From an uncultured bacterium (GTDB lineage: Bacteria > Zhuqueibacterota > QNDG01 > DTFT01): DNA of 64,000 bases. The number at the start of each line of letters is the position of its first letter. Position 1 is the first letter of the stretch. The translations under genes and the position numbers were made by a program. The notes below the pieces were generated by a model. The model worked only from the letters and a program-made list of their open reading frames with translations, was not told the origin of the DNA and did not search any database. Positions 45,149 to 54,562 of this stretch are shown here, piece by piece. Location of the stretch: the NCBI GenBank assembly GCA_963736115.1, contig CAVTNR010000027.1, positions 32,001-96,000 of the forward strand, read 5' to 3'.

Positions 45149-48100
45149 TCACTTGATGACCGCGAACTTTCCGACTTTGTCCCGGCCGGTGGCGTTGGAG
45201 TGAACGTGGTAAATGTACATCCCGGCGGCTATTTCCAGTCCCTCGCGGGACACCAGGTTCCAGTGCACCGTGCCGTCGTCCGGCCCGTTGTCCACGTCGA
45301 TCTTGTCGACCAGCACGCCCGAGGGAGTATAGATTCGGATGATGCAGTCGGCCGGGACGTGCGTGAACATGATCTGCCGCCTCTGGTTCAGATATTTGTT
45401 CGCGACGGCCGTTTCCATGAGGTTCGTGGAGATGTAGGGATTCGGCACGACCTTGATCGAATCCATGGCGGAGGCCACCCGGGACGGATCCAGCGCAATC
45501 TCCGGCCGAACGGAGAAGACGAACGAATCGGTTTCCGAGAGGGGGGTGTTCACGCCGACGCGGTACCGGTCGCCGGGCGCGGTTGGATTCGCGGTGGTCG
45601 CGGCGTCACTGAAATCAATCGAAAAGATCGTACCGCCCCACCAGTAATTATCCTTGTCCTTGGCCGCGTATCCCGCCAGGATCCGGTCCGTATCCCAGTC
45701 GAACACGCCGTTTTCATTCGTGTCGTACAGGACGAGGTCCACTGTCTCGGCGTTGCCGAGGCTATCCGGTCCCACCGTGGTGTTGACGACACGAAACGGG
45801 TATCGCAGGCCGATCCCCCGCCTCTTATTGGACACCAGAGAGCCGTCAACATCATATATCCCGCTCGTGCGGTTGGTGATCGACTGATATTCCATATCCG
45901 GGTCGAAAATAATTTCGTACTGGAACGGAAAGAAGAGCAGCGCGGGACCCGCCTGGACGCGGATCGGCGCCTCTCCCTGCATCCATCCGGTCTTCATGGG
46001 GTCGCGGTCGATGAACACCGAATCGGCCGGAACCGATATCCGGCAGTGAAGCCCCTCGAACACGTCCGTGGTAATGGCGGATCCGGGCTGCAGGCGCCAG
46101 ACTTTTAGATCCGGATCGAATTGTATATTGGATTCGGTGAACCCATTCGCGGAATCCTCCTGATACACGGTGACGGGCGATTCCGTAATGTCGTCGATCC
46201 GCAAGCCGGAGGTCACGAGTTTTCCGTCCCGCGGCGCACGCCGCGTTTTGGAAAGGGCGTAATTGGCTATTTTGGAAGTGTGGAACAGGACCCGGTATGT
46301 ATGACCGGGCTGGATCTCCTTCGAATCGACGATGGCCGGCGCGATCAATCCATCCAGGAGCCTTTCGCTCGAATTCGCCTGGTCGATCGTGATTTCGGGA
46401 GGCACGTAACCGGCCGCCGCCTGCCCGGGCTTCACCACCTGCACGTTCTGTCCGATCCGGACCACGTTCTCGGCCTCGTCCAGCTCGATGTCCACGCCGC
46501 TCTCGGCAGGCGCGATGTCCAGGTCCTCGACGCCGTAATCATAGGCCACCAGCGCGTAATAATAGGTTCGGCCGTTCTGCACGTCGGTGTCGATGAAGTA
46601 ATGACGGATGCCCGTGTCGTCCCCGAGATACACAAGGTGCCCGTCCATCGCCCCGCCGAGATTGCTGTAGCCCTTGATGGTGTCGACCTTGTCGCACTGA
46701 AACAGCGGCGCGCGGTATTTCTTCGTTCCTTTTCCGTCGGTGATGACCCTCGCGTCCGACATGAACTTGTCGGTCGATTTGTACAGTTTGTAGCCCTCGA
46801 AATCGTTGACGTTCTGCAGGAGCGGTTCGCGCGTCTTGGTGTCGGATATGTCATCCCAGGTGAGGATGACCTTGCCGTCCCCGGCCGCGGCCTTGAGCGT
46901 GGGCATGAGCGGCGGCTGCGCGAACTGATAATCGTGGTCATAGATGATCTGGGCCACTTCCTTGAGGCGGAACAGATTCTCCGCCCGGTGCGCCTTGGCG
47001 TTCAGGGTGGCCATGTTTTCATAAGCCGCCATGAAAGCCATGGACACCCGCTCCGTCCGGCCCTTGTAGAGCGGGAACGGCGAGGAGGCAAAAATCATGT
47101 AGATGGATCCGTAGGAGCCGGCGACCAGATAATCGCAGAGCGTATCCGAATTCATCACGTTCCAGACATTCATATCCTCATTCAAGGTCAGGCGGAGGGT
47201 GTTCTGCCACTGGGCCCAGTCAAACAGCAGGAAGCTGGTCAGTCCGACCATGTCGGACTCGCTGACATCGAGGGGCCCGAAATTGGGTTCACCTTTGACG
47301 TCGATGAAGTCCGGTTTGTGATTGCATTCGCTCCCGTCCGCGTCCGGGCCATAGTAGTTCAGATCGCCAGGACCGACACCGTCCACACCGACGTCGTCGC
47401 CACAGAAAGCGCCGAGTTCCAGCGTCCAATCTCCGCTTTCGGTGCGATCGGCATAGGAGCCGTCCTGATCAGGGTCGATGCCGTCCTGCCAGTCCTGGTC
47501 CTCGTCGCCCTCCCAGTGGGGCTGGGGTTCCCGGTGGTTGAATGCGCGGAACTTCTCCACGTCGATCAACCGTCCGCCCGGTCCCATCTCCGCGGCGACC
47601 CATTGTCCTGCGGGGTTGTCCCGGCTTTCATCGATGATTCCGTCATCGTCGTTGTCCTCGCCGTCGAATGCCTTGCCGGGGCTCTCCAGATAGGCGTACC
47701 CCATGACGCCGGGTATCCTGCCGCCTTCCCCCTGCCCCAGTCTTTCCCACACGTAGGCAAGATCGAGGACTTTGTCCCGGAAGCCGACCTCGTTTTCGCC
47801 GCTGGCGTCTCCGCCGATGCTGTTGTCCACATAATACCCGAATCCGCTTTTCGGCAAATCGTATTCCGAAATATTCGAAACGTTGTATTCCCAGAAAACG
47901 ATGTCCTGTGCCTCATTGTTGGCCCATTGATATCCCCTGACTTCGTATCGCAGACCGAGGCCTCCCCACGGCAGGCCTTTTTGGATGGTGACATACGGGT
48001 CGATGTCGCCGATGATATGGCCCGGCCGCGGAATGTACCTCGGCCCGAGGGTGATCAGCTTTTCTTCCGGATCATTCCGCTGGATGATGTGTTCCATGTC

Positions 48101-48724
48101 CTGCGCGTCATTCGCGACGAAGTAAGATTCGAGCGCCGCCTTCATGACGCCGCGGCCGAAACGGCCGTTCCATTCGCCCGGCCAGACTTTGGTGAATCCG
48201 GTCAGGGGCCACCCTTCCGTCGGCCAGGATTCCGGTTTGTTGCTCATGGCCGCGTAATCCTGGGACGGATTGGCGTACCCGGGAACCGGATAGATCCCCC
48301 ACTCCACGGTTCCGTCGTAATTCAAGTCCGGTTTATCGTCAGGGTAGGAATGCGACTCGACGATGTATATCGTATCGATGGAACCGGCTTCGAGCAGACG
48401 GGAGTCATCCAGCCGGTCGATCGGTATGGAATCCTGGTATACGGTCACTTCGCTTCCCGCCAGGATGGACGCGACGTCGATCATCCGCTGTCCCGTGTAG
48501 TCATTCGGCCAGCGGCTCGTGCCTGTGGCGGGAAAGTCGGCTATTTGCGTATTATTCTCGAAATACAGCATCAGCCGGTTCATGTTCATGTATCCGGAAC
48601 GGATGGCCGAGATGTCGCCCGCCGGATCCTCGGGGCCCGTGTATGGCCTGCCCTGGGCCCAGGCGCCGGATGCGCACAAAACCGCCCCCAGGCATGCCGC
48701 GAGAATTCCAGTCTGTATTTTCAT
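45149..48724 (-). CDS. Large secreted protein with acidic Ca-binding-like motifs, an FN3-like segment and a T9SS-CTD-like C-terminus
   Basis: Signal peptide; DGEDNDDDGIIDE; GDGKVILTWD...FEGYKLYKS...NGRTYYYALVAYD; C-terminal IKVVPNPY...IRIYTPSG...AGMYIYHV...GKFAVIK. Confidence 0.8.
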   Translation of the reverse strand: MKIQTGILAACLGAVLCASGAWAQGRPYTGPEDPAGDISAIRSGYMNMNRLMLYFENNTQIADFPATGTSRWPNDYTGQRMIDVASILAGSEVTVYQDSIPIDRLDDSRLLEAGSIDTIYIVESHSYPDDKPDLNYDGTVEWGIYPVPGYANPSQDYAAMSNKPESWPTEGWPLTGFTKVWPGEWNGRFGRGVMKAALESYFVANDAQDMEHIIQRNDPEEKLITLGPRYIPRPGHIIGDIDPYVTIQKGLPWGGLGLRYEVRGYQWANNEAQDIVFWEYNVSNISEYDLPKSGFGYYVDNSIGGDASGENEVGFRDKVLDLAYVWERLGQGEGGRIPGVMGYAYLESPGKAFDGEDNDDDGIIDESRDNPAGQWVAAEMGPGGRLIDVEKFRAFNHREPQPHWEGDEDQDWQDGIDPDQDGSYADRTESGDWTLELGAFCGDDVGVDGVGPGDLNYYGPDADGSECNHKPDFIDVKGEPNFGPLDVSESDMVGLTSFLLFDWAQWQNTLRLTLNEDMNVWNVMNSDTLCDYLVAGSYGSIYMIFASSPFPLYKGRTERVSMAFMAAYENMATLNAKAHRAENLFRLKEVAQIIYDHDYQFAQPPLMPTLKAAAGDGKVILTWDDISDTKTREPLLQNVNDFEGYKLYKSTDKFMSDARVITDGKGTKKYRAPLFQCDKVDTIKGYSNLGGAMDGHLVYLGDDTGIRHYFIDTDVQNGRTYYYALVAYDYGVEDLDIAPAESGVDIELDEAENVVRIGQNVQVVKPGQAAAGYVPPEITIDQANSSERLLDGLIAPAIVDSKEIQPGHTYRVLFHTSKIANYALSKTRRAPRDGKLVTSGLRIDDITESPVTVYQEDSANGFTESNIQFDPDLKVWRLQPGSAITTDVFEGLHCRISVPADSVFIDRDPMKTGWMQGEAPIRVQAGPALLFFPFQYEIIFDPDMEYQSITNRTSGIYDVDGSLVSNKRRGIGLRYPFRVVNTTVGPDSLGNAETVDLVLYDTNENGVFDWDTDRILAGYAAKDKDNYWWGGTIFSIDFSDAATTANPTAPGDRYRVGVNTPLSETDSFVFSVRPEIALDPSRVASAMDSIKVVPNPYISTNLMETAVANKYLNQRRQIMFTHVPADCIIRIYTPSGVLVDKIDVDNGPDDGTVHWNLVSREGLEIAAGMYIYHVHSNATGRDKVGKFAVIK

Positions 48725-48786
48725 GCCGATACTCTCCTGAATTGGTGTTCGTTCATCCGCAAGAGGAATGACCCGAGACTTCCGAA

Positions 48787-51540
48787 TTAGAAGCCGTATC
48801 CCACAGTCAGCTTGAACGACCGGGGATACGAATAGGCCGTCGGATTATTGATCCGGTCATCATAATCGTTGAAATCGCTGCGATGATTCAGCAGGTCCCC
48901 TTCCGTCACAATCGTCGATCCGGGATCTCCCGTGTCGCTGTACACCCACGCGGCATTCAGCCGGTCGAACAGATTGTACGCGTTGAGTGTCAGCCTCAGC
49001 GTATGCCGTCCGAAAAGAGGCACGGTGTATCCCGCCGAAAGATCGAAAGACGTGTTCACCGGTTTCTTCGAATTGTTCTGATACAGATTGATCCGGTACA
49101 ACGGGCTGTATCCGGGAGGCGCGTATGAATACGGCGTGCCCGAGTTGAGGTATCCGGTCAGCGCCACGTCGAAATTCCGCATGGAATAGGCGACCGTGGC
49201 GTTCGCCGTGTACAGCTGATCCCAGGACATGGGGATCAGACGCGAGATCGGATCCATGCTGTTCCCCGCCCTAGTGAAAGTTTCACGCGGATTATCCGCT
49301 ACGCCGCGGGTGAAGGCATAGGTGAAGTTGACAATGGAGGACAGCCCGCCCCCGGTATAATCCCACGTCAGTTCGATACCGCGCGCATTGCCGTAATCCT
49401 TGTTGGTGAAAAGACCGTACCGGATCTGGTTGTACGTGGTCATGACCTTGGTGCTGAGCAGGTTGTAGATGTCCTTGTAGTACACGGACACTTCCAGCCC
49501 CATGCCGTCCATGAGCTGCTGCCAGATTCCGAGTTCGTACTGGACCGTTTTCTCCGCCTTGAGCTGGGAATTGCCCATGGTCGTCTGGTAATTGAACGGG
49601 GAAACACGGAAAATATTGTCCTCGAACAGGGCGAACATCTGCGGCATCTGGAAGAAATGCCCGTAACTGAAACGGAGCACCGCCTGGTCACTCAGCTTGT
49701 AGGAAAGCCCCAGGCGCGGGCTGAACTGCGTCTGCGGGGTGTTCCGGGGGTAGGTGGACATCATGGAATCAGGGAGCGCGAGCTGGTTCCCTGGGTTCCT
49801 GAAATTGGAAGGGTAGTGATAATTGGCATTGAAATAATCGTACCGGAGACCCAGCTTGATGACCATTTCCTCGAATTCCATTTTATCCTGGATGTATCCG
49901 GACATTTCGTAAGGTTTGACTTGGTAAATGTTGACCGTATTGTCGGTCACGGGGATGATTTCAGGAATGTAATTCGGGAATGTGATTTTGCCGGTTTCCC
50001 AATCCACCGCCATATCGTTCGCCTCGGACAGTCCGTCGTACAGGTTCCGCACGTCAATCCGGTCCCGGTCCACCACATGCGAGGTGTATTGTAAACCGGT
50101 CTTGAAACCATGGTTCCGGTTGACCTGCCAGTACAAGTCGAATTTAGCGTCCCCCCTCTGGAAAGCGTCCATCCGCTTGCCGGGGTCCACCATGCCGCCT
50201 GTGTAGAACCCGGTTTCCTGGCTGCCCCGGTAATTCGGACTGATGTAGCGCGGATCCAGCGGATTCTCGTACAGGTACGATTCCTCCCTGCGGTCGCTGT
50301 AGGACAGTTTCAGATTGTAATACAACGAACGGGACAGCATGTGGTTGACGTCGAACGACGCCAGATGGACCTCGCTGAAATCCCACGGCAGTCCATCGGG
50401 ATTGTATTTATATTGATAATCTCCCAACCCGTTATTAAACCGTTTGCTCTTGCTCCCATTGAACGAATACAGCAGGTTTGCCTTTAAATTGGAGAACGGT
50501 TTCAGTGTCAGCTTGGCGAGCAGATTGTCGTAGAAATCCTGCTGCATCGCCACGTATTCATTGTCCCCGGTGTGCTCGATGTGCCAGGACGCGGGGTCGT
50601 TCGCCGGATACACGCTGTAATCCCACGGATTGAAACGCCGGATGCCGTTGATCGGGCCGCGGTTGTCCTGCCTGCGGTAATTGACGAAAAACGTCAGCCG
50701 GTCCCTCAGGATGGGGCCTTCGATCTGAGCCTTGTAATCGCGGCTCAGGTTGCGGGAAAGGGCGCCCGAGTTGCCGAGTCCGATAAAAATGTCGTCGTGC
50801 GACGTAAAATAGTTGCTGAATCCGCTCGACACCTGCATGCGCCAGGCATTGCCGCCGTCCTTGGTGACGGCATTGACCATGCCGCTCATCGCGCGGCCGT
50901 ATTCGGCGTCGAAGGTGCCCTTGATCACCTCCAGGTCCTGCACCGTTTCCTTCTCGACATACACGCTCTGGCGCGAATACTCGCTGAAGGAATTGACAAC
51001 CTGAAGGCCGTCGATCATGAACGCGGATTCGCTGGTCCTTCCGCCCCGGAAATGCCCCGCGACGATGCCCGCCTGCATATTCACCACCTGATCGACGTTC
51101 TCCACGGGCAACCGGGCCATCTGGTCGGCCGATACGTTCCGGATCGAGCTGGTCTGGTCCTTCTTGAAGGAAACGGCGCTCGCCGTCACGACAACGGGTT
51201 CACCCTGCAGGACCGTCTTCTCCATTTCGAACCGAAGTGTGGTCGTGGAGTTGACGCTGATGCGGACATTCTGCATCCGGACCGGCCGGTAACCGATCAT
51301 GTTCGCCTGAACCGTGTATGCGCCGGGGGAAATATTGATGATGTAGTAATTCCCCTGAAGGTCGGCGACCGTTCCGATCGCCGTTCCCACCAGCATGACG
51401 TTCGCGCCGACCAGGGGCTCCCGGGTGGCTCTGTCGATGACGATTCCCCCGACTTTACCCGTCGTTTGACCGATCGCCGATCCGGCAAACAGAATCACCG
51501 TCATCAGCGCAAGGACATGACACCCGTTCTTTCTGCGCAT
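48787..51540 (-). CDS. TonB-dependent receptor with N-terminal carboxypeptidase-regulatory-like domain
   Basis: TTGKVGG..D..T.EPLVGANV; plug HFRGGR, GTFDAEYGRAMSG; FSPRLGLSY; GNSQLKAEKT; terminal Phe. Confidence 0.92.
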   Translation of the reverse strand: MRRKNGCHVLALMTVILFAGSAIGQTTGKVGGIVIDRATREPLVGANVMLVGTAIGTVADLQGNYYIINISPGAYTVQANMIGYRPVRMQNVRISVNSTTTLRFEMEKTVLQGEPVVVTASAVSFKKDQTSSIRNVSADQMARLPVENVDQVVNMQAGIVAGHFRGGRTSESAFMIDGLQVVNSFSEYSRQSVYVEKETVQDLEVIKGTFDAEYGRAMSGMVNAVTKDGGNAWRMQVSSGFSNYFTSHDDIFIGLGNSGALSRNLSRDYKAQIEGPILRDRLTFFVNYRRQDNRGPINGIRRFNPWDYSVYPANDPASWHIEHTGDNEYVAMQQDFYDNLLAKLTLKPFSNLKANLLYSFNGSKSKRFNNGLGDYQYKYNPDGLPWDFSEVHLASFDVNHMLSRSLYYNLKLSYSDRREESYLYENPLDPRYISPNYRGSQETGFYTGGMVDPGKRMDAFQRGDAKFDLYWQVNRNHGFKTGLQYTSHVVDRDRIDVRNLYDGLSEANDMAVDWETGKITFPNYIPEIIPVTDNTVNIYQVKPYEMSGYIQDKMEFEEMVIKLGLRYDYFNANYHYPSNFRNPGNQLALPDSMMSTYPRNTPQTQFSPRLGLSYKLSDQAVLRFSYGHFFQMPQMFALFEDNIFRVSPFNYQTTMGNSQLKAEKTVQYELGIWQQLMDGMGLEVSVYYKDIYNLLSTKVMTTYNQIRYGLFTNKDYGNARGIELTWDYTGGGLSSIVNFTYAFTRGVADNPRETFTRAGNSMDPISRLIPMSWDQLYTANATVAYSMRNFDVALTGYLNSGTPYSYAPPGYSPLYRINLYQNNSKKPVNTSFDLSAGYTVPLFGRHTLRLTLNAYNLFDRLNAAWVYSDTGDPGSTIVTEGDLLNHRSDFNDYDDRINNPTAYSYPRSFKLTVGYGF

Positions 51541-51604
51541 GCTTTCTCCTTCCTCCGTATTCCGCTGTGAGTGCGCCAGGCTGGATGCCTGCAGAAAATC
51601 AAAT

Positions 51605-51620
51605 ACTTTATCGAGTAAGT
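51605..51620. promoter_or_regulatory. Candidate LacI operator upstream of the TonB receptor
   Basis: ACTTTATCGAGTAAGT, 14/16 match to the palindrome ACTTACTCGAGTAAGT. Confidence 0.6.
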
Positions 51621-51634
51621 TAATCGTGCAATAT

Positions 51635-52669
51635 TTACTCTTTCAGGATTCCGGACTGTTCCGGCACTTTAATCGATTTTCCGATTTCTATATCAGAATC
51701 GATCCATACCATTCTATTGAATCCCTTCTCTCCGCGGATGCATTTGAGCATCATCTCCATCGCCTCCAATCCGAGCTCATAGGGATCCACATTGATAATG
51801 GTCATTGAAGGGGACGGTATTTGAGCGAATTCGTGATGGCCGAAGGCGACAATTCCAATGTCATCCGGTATTTTCAATCCCCTTTCACGAATGGCGTCAT
51901 ATGCGCCAAGGGCAATTTGATCGTTGGCGGCAAAAATGACTTCCGGTTTGTCCCGGCTCGTCCAGATCTTCCCGAATCCGGCGATTCCGTCTTTTCTTTC
52001 GAAACCGCCTTCCGCAATCCATTCTTTCCGGACCGGCAATCCATGATTCTTCAGGGAATCCAGATACCCGTCCAGACGGTCGCGGCCGATTCGAACAGGC
52101 GAAGATCCGGCCAAATGACCGATTTTCCGGTATCCGCACCCAATCACGAAATCAATGAGTTTTTTCGCCGCGCCCCGGTCGTCGATTCCGACGAATCCCG
52201 AACCCTGTTCCTCCAGAATCCGATCGAAAAAAATCAACGGTACATCCGAAATCTTCACTTTATGATAGATTGCGGCATCCGGTGTTTCCTTCGAAACCGC
52301 TATCAGCAGTCCGTCGACTCGCATTGAAAGCAGATTGAGGATGTTTTTTTTCTCGATTTCACTTTTCTCACGGGAGACGGCCAGGATCACATGATATCCG
52401 GAACGGACGGCCGCGTCCATGATGCCGTCGACCGCGTAGGAAAAAAACGAGTTTGAGATGTCCGGTACGACGACGCCGATGGTCATTGATTTGCGGGAAT
52501 GAAGTCCCCTGGCGTGATAATGCGGAATGTAATTCAGTTTTTCAGCGAGTTCACGGACGCGCTGTTTCATATCGTCTGAAATATCCGAATCACCCTTGAG
52601 TGCCTTGGAAACCGTGGCTCGGCTGACTTTCAATTTCCGGGCGATTTCGGACTGATTGATGATGGGCAT
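51635..52669 (-). CDS. LacI-family transcriptional regulator
   Basis: HTH (INQSEIARKLKVSRATVSKAL); LNYIP; TIGVVVPDISNSFF; IPDDIGIVAF. Confidence 0.95.
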   Translation of the reverse strand: MPIINQSEIARKLKVSRATVSKALKGDSDISDDMKQRVRELAEKLNYIPHYHARGLHSRKSMTIGVVVPDISNSFFSYAVDGIMDAAVRSGYHVILAVSREKSEIEKKNILNLLSMRVDGLLIAVSKETPDAAIYHKVKISDVPLIFFDRILEEQGSGFVGIDDRGAAKKLIDFVIGCGYRKIGHLAGSSPVRIGRDRLDGYLDSLKNHGLPVRKEWIAEGGFERKDGIAGFGKIWTSRDKPEVIFAANDQIALGAYDAIRERGLKIPDDIGIVAFGHHEFAQIPSPSMTIINVDPYELGLEAMEMMLKCIRGEKGFNRMVWIDSDIEIGKSIKVPEQSGILKE

Positions 52670-52671
52670 GG

Positions 52672-52687
52672 ACTTACTCGTGTAAGT
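52672..52687. promoter_or_regulatory. Candidate LacI operator (autoregulatory)
   Basis: ACTTACTCGTGTAAGT inverted repeat with central CG, between the -10 and the ATG. Confidence 0.7.
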
Positions 52688-52698
52688 TAATTGATAAT

Positions 52699-52727
52699 AT
52701 TTTACTCTTTTTCTCAACCAATGTCAA
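52699..52727 (-). promoter_or_regulatory. lacI promoter
   Basis: TTGACA-17 nt-TAAAAT. Confidence 0.75.
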
Positions 52728-52770
52728 GCGGTTTCTCGATGCAGTGTCGGAACCGGTTTTGTGTCACGCT

Positions 52771-53169
52771 TCATCGGACAGGTCCCGTGGAATCTTCCAT
52801 ATTGTAAATTCGCTCCATCAATCTCCATTTCTCCCCCGCCGTAGACTCCGCGGATGCGGCCTGGAACCGCGACATACTCGCTTCCCATTCGGCTTGCCGA
52901 GGTTTTCCCGCCAGTTCGGCCATGGCGCGGTCATGATCGAAATCCGGAACCGTGTCCATGATCATGAACAACCGGTATCCGTCCCTGTAGATTTGCATGT
53001 CGAGGATGCCGACTTCCCTCATGCCCCTCGTGATTTCCGGCCAACAGGCCCCGGGCGCGTGGGCTTCTTTATACGCCTGCATGAGAGTCGGATCCGCTTT
53101 CAACTCCAGCGTCTTGCAGTACCGTTTGATTTCCCTCGTATTTTTCAAATCTGTTTTAACCGTGGTCAT
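52771..53169 (-). CDS. L-rhamnose/L-fucose mutarotase-family (RhaM/COG3254) protein
   Basis: KRYCKTLELK.DP....YKEAH....WPEI..GM..VGI.DMQIY....RLFMI, QAEWEASM and EKWRLMERIY motifs; GGAGG RBS. Confidence 0.85.
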   Translation of the reverse strand: MTTVKTDLKNTREIKRYCKTLELKADPTLMQAYKEAHAPGACWPEITRGMREVGILDMQIYRDGYRLFMIMDTVPDFDHDRAMAELAGKPRQAEWEASMSRFQAASAESTAGEKWRLMERIYNMEDSTGPVR

Positions 53170-53239
53170 CGGTTGTTTCCTCCCGCATTGATACGAATAG
53201 CAGTGATAGCCGGCTGGCACGGACCCGCGCCTGTATCCC

Positions 53240-54550
53240 TTACCGGATAAGGGAAGTTGATTCTGCATGTTCCTTTTTCTTCAGCCAGTCCGTGAATTCG
53301 ACTTCGATTTTTTCTTCCTTCAGCCGCATCACGTGATGCTTCTGACGGGTTAAAAGCCCCCATAAGGTCCTCCCCCATCGGGCCAATAAATCCTTCCATC
53401 GAACCGGATAGAACAGCAGAATGCGCCATGAACCGGGAGAGGCCGGGTACATCAGGGCCATGATGCGGGCAGGCGGAAAAAGAGCCCGGATCATCGCGGA
53501 CCACCTGTCCCGCGAGTTTCCGGCGCTCCACGACCGAATCAGATCATCCGGCAGAACCCGCGCATTCCCGTTTGTCGAAAAGATATTGTGTATCGCGAAC
53601 GCACGGTATTCGGAATGAAGATCCCGGGGCTCCAGCGACTTCAGCGCCGTCTCCGGAACCGGAGCGCCCAGCAGATCCCGGCAGAGTGTCAATGTCAGCC
53701 AAACGCTCTTTTGGACGCCCCATTCAAGGGCGCGGGCCGATACATCCGACCAGGACAGGTTGTCCGTAGTGCTTCGGATAGTCTCGAATATATCCACAAG
53801 CGGACGCAGGCCGAACCGGAACCGGTGAGCGACGGACGCGTGGAGGCATAGATGGAGGAGCGCGTCGGCCGGCGACAGAACGAGCGCGTCCGCATCCGCA
53901 ACGGTCGCCGGCACGGCGCGACCCCAGAGCGCGTCTGCGTCGATCGTGAAGGGGTCGCTGGCCCGGGCCAGAGACGCATGGAGATCGACTTTCAGACGCC
54001 ACTCGGGATGGAACAGATCGAAAAAATGCTTGGCGCCCCGGAGAAAACCCTGCTTCTCCTCAGTCGTCCATTCCTGCCAGAAGGAAGCGGAGGCATTCAT
54101 CGGCCTGAAACCCGAGCCGAGCAGGCGTTCCGATGCTTCCGGGATGGAATCCGGACGTAGAAGCAGATCCAGGTCTCCCATCGACCTGAGGGTGATATCG
54201 CCGTAAACGGCTTCCGCCAGATGGGCGCCTTTCAGGACAATGACCGGGATGCCGGCGGCCTTTAAAATGCGGAGAGTTCGGGAAATGCCGTGAAAAAGCC
54301 GGATATTCTGCGATGCGTCCGTCAGGATCGTTTTACGGAGACAATCAAAAACAGCTGTCGGTACGGTTACAGCCGGATCCGTTTCCTTCAGCCTGCGGTT
54401 CAGGTAGGCGGACAGTCCGTGGCGCTCCGCCTGCCCGAGGCATTCGAACCAGTCGCGCTCGGACCATCGGCACAGAACCCGGCTCCTCTCCGCGAAGTCG
54501 CAGCAGGCGAGGCAGTCCAGCAGGCGGCGGTCAGGGCCTGGGTCAAGCAT
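53240..54550 (-). CDS. Uncharacterised nucleotidyltransferase (NTP_transf_5-like)
   Basis: GIPVIVLKGAHLA..VY....RSMGDLDLL; VDLH; LLHLCLHA; LVDI. Confidence 0.85.
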   Translation of the reverse strand: MLDPGPDRRLLDCLACCDFAERSRVLCRWSERDWFECLGQAERHGLSAYLNRRLKETDPAVTVPTAVFDCLRKTILTDASQNIRLFHGISRTLRILKAAGIPVIVLKGAHLAEAVYGDITLRSMGDLDLLLRPDSIPEASERLLGSGFRPMNASASFWQEWTTEEKQGFLRGAKHFFDLFHPEWRLKVDLHASLARASDPFTIDADALWGRAVPATVADADALVLSPADALLHLCLHASVAHRFRFGLRPLVDIFETIRSTTDNLSWSDVSARALEWGVQKSVWLTLTLCRDLLGAPVPETALKSLEPRDLHSEYRAFAIHNIFSTNGNARVLPDDLIRSWSAGNSRDRWSAMIRALFPPARIMALMYPASPGSWRILLFYPVRWKDLLARWGRTLWGLLTRQKHHVMRLKEEKIEVEFTDWLKKKEHAESTSLIR

Positions 54551-54562
54551 GGCCGTCTTCCT

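Noticed and set aside
46121-48790. 889-aa plus-strand ORF, and similar long ORFs at 11159-13114, 13721-15739, 19920-21833 and 42039-43280
   Set aside because: Antisense shadows of real GC-rich genes, with no motifs or RBS.
53237-53253. CCCTTACCGGATAAGGG palindrome upstream of the mutarotase as a third LacI operator
   Set aside because: Half-site spacing differs by one base and the flanks differ from the other two sites; it may be a simple hairpin.
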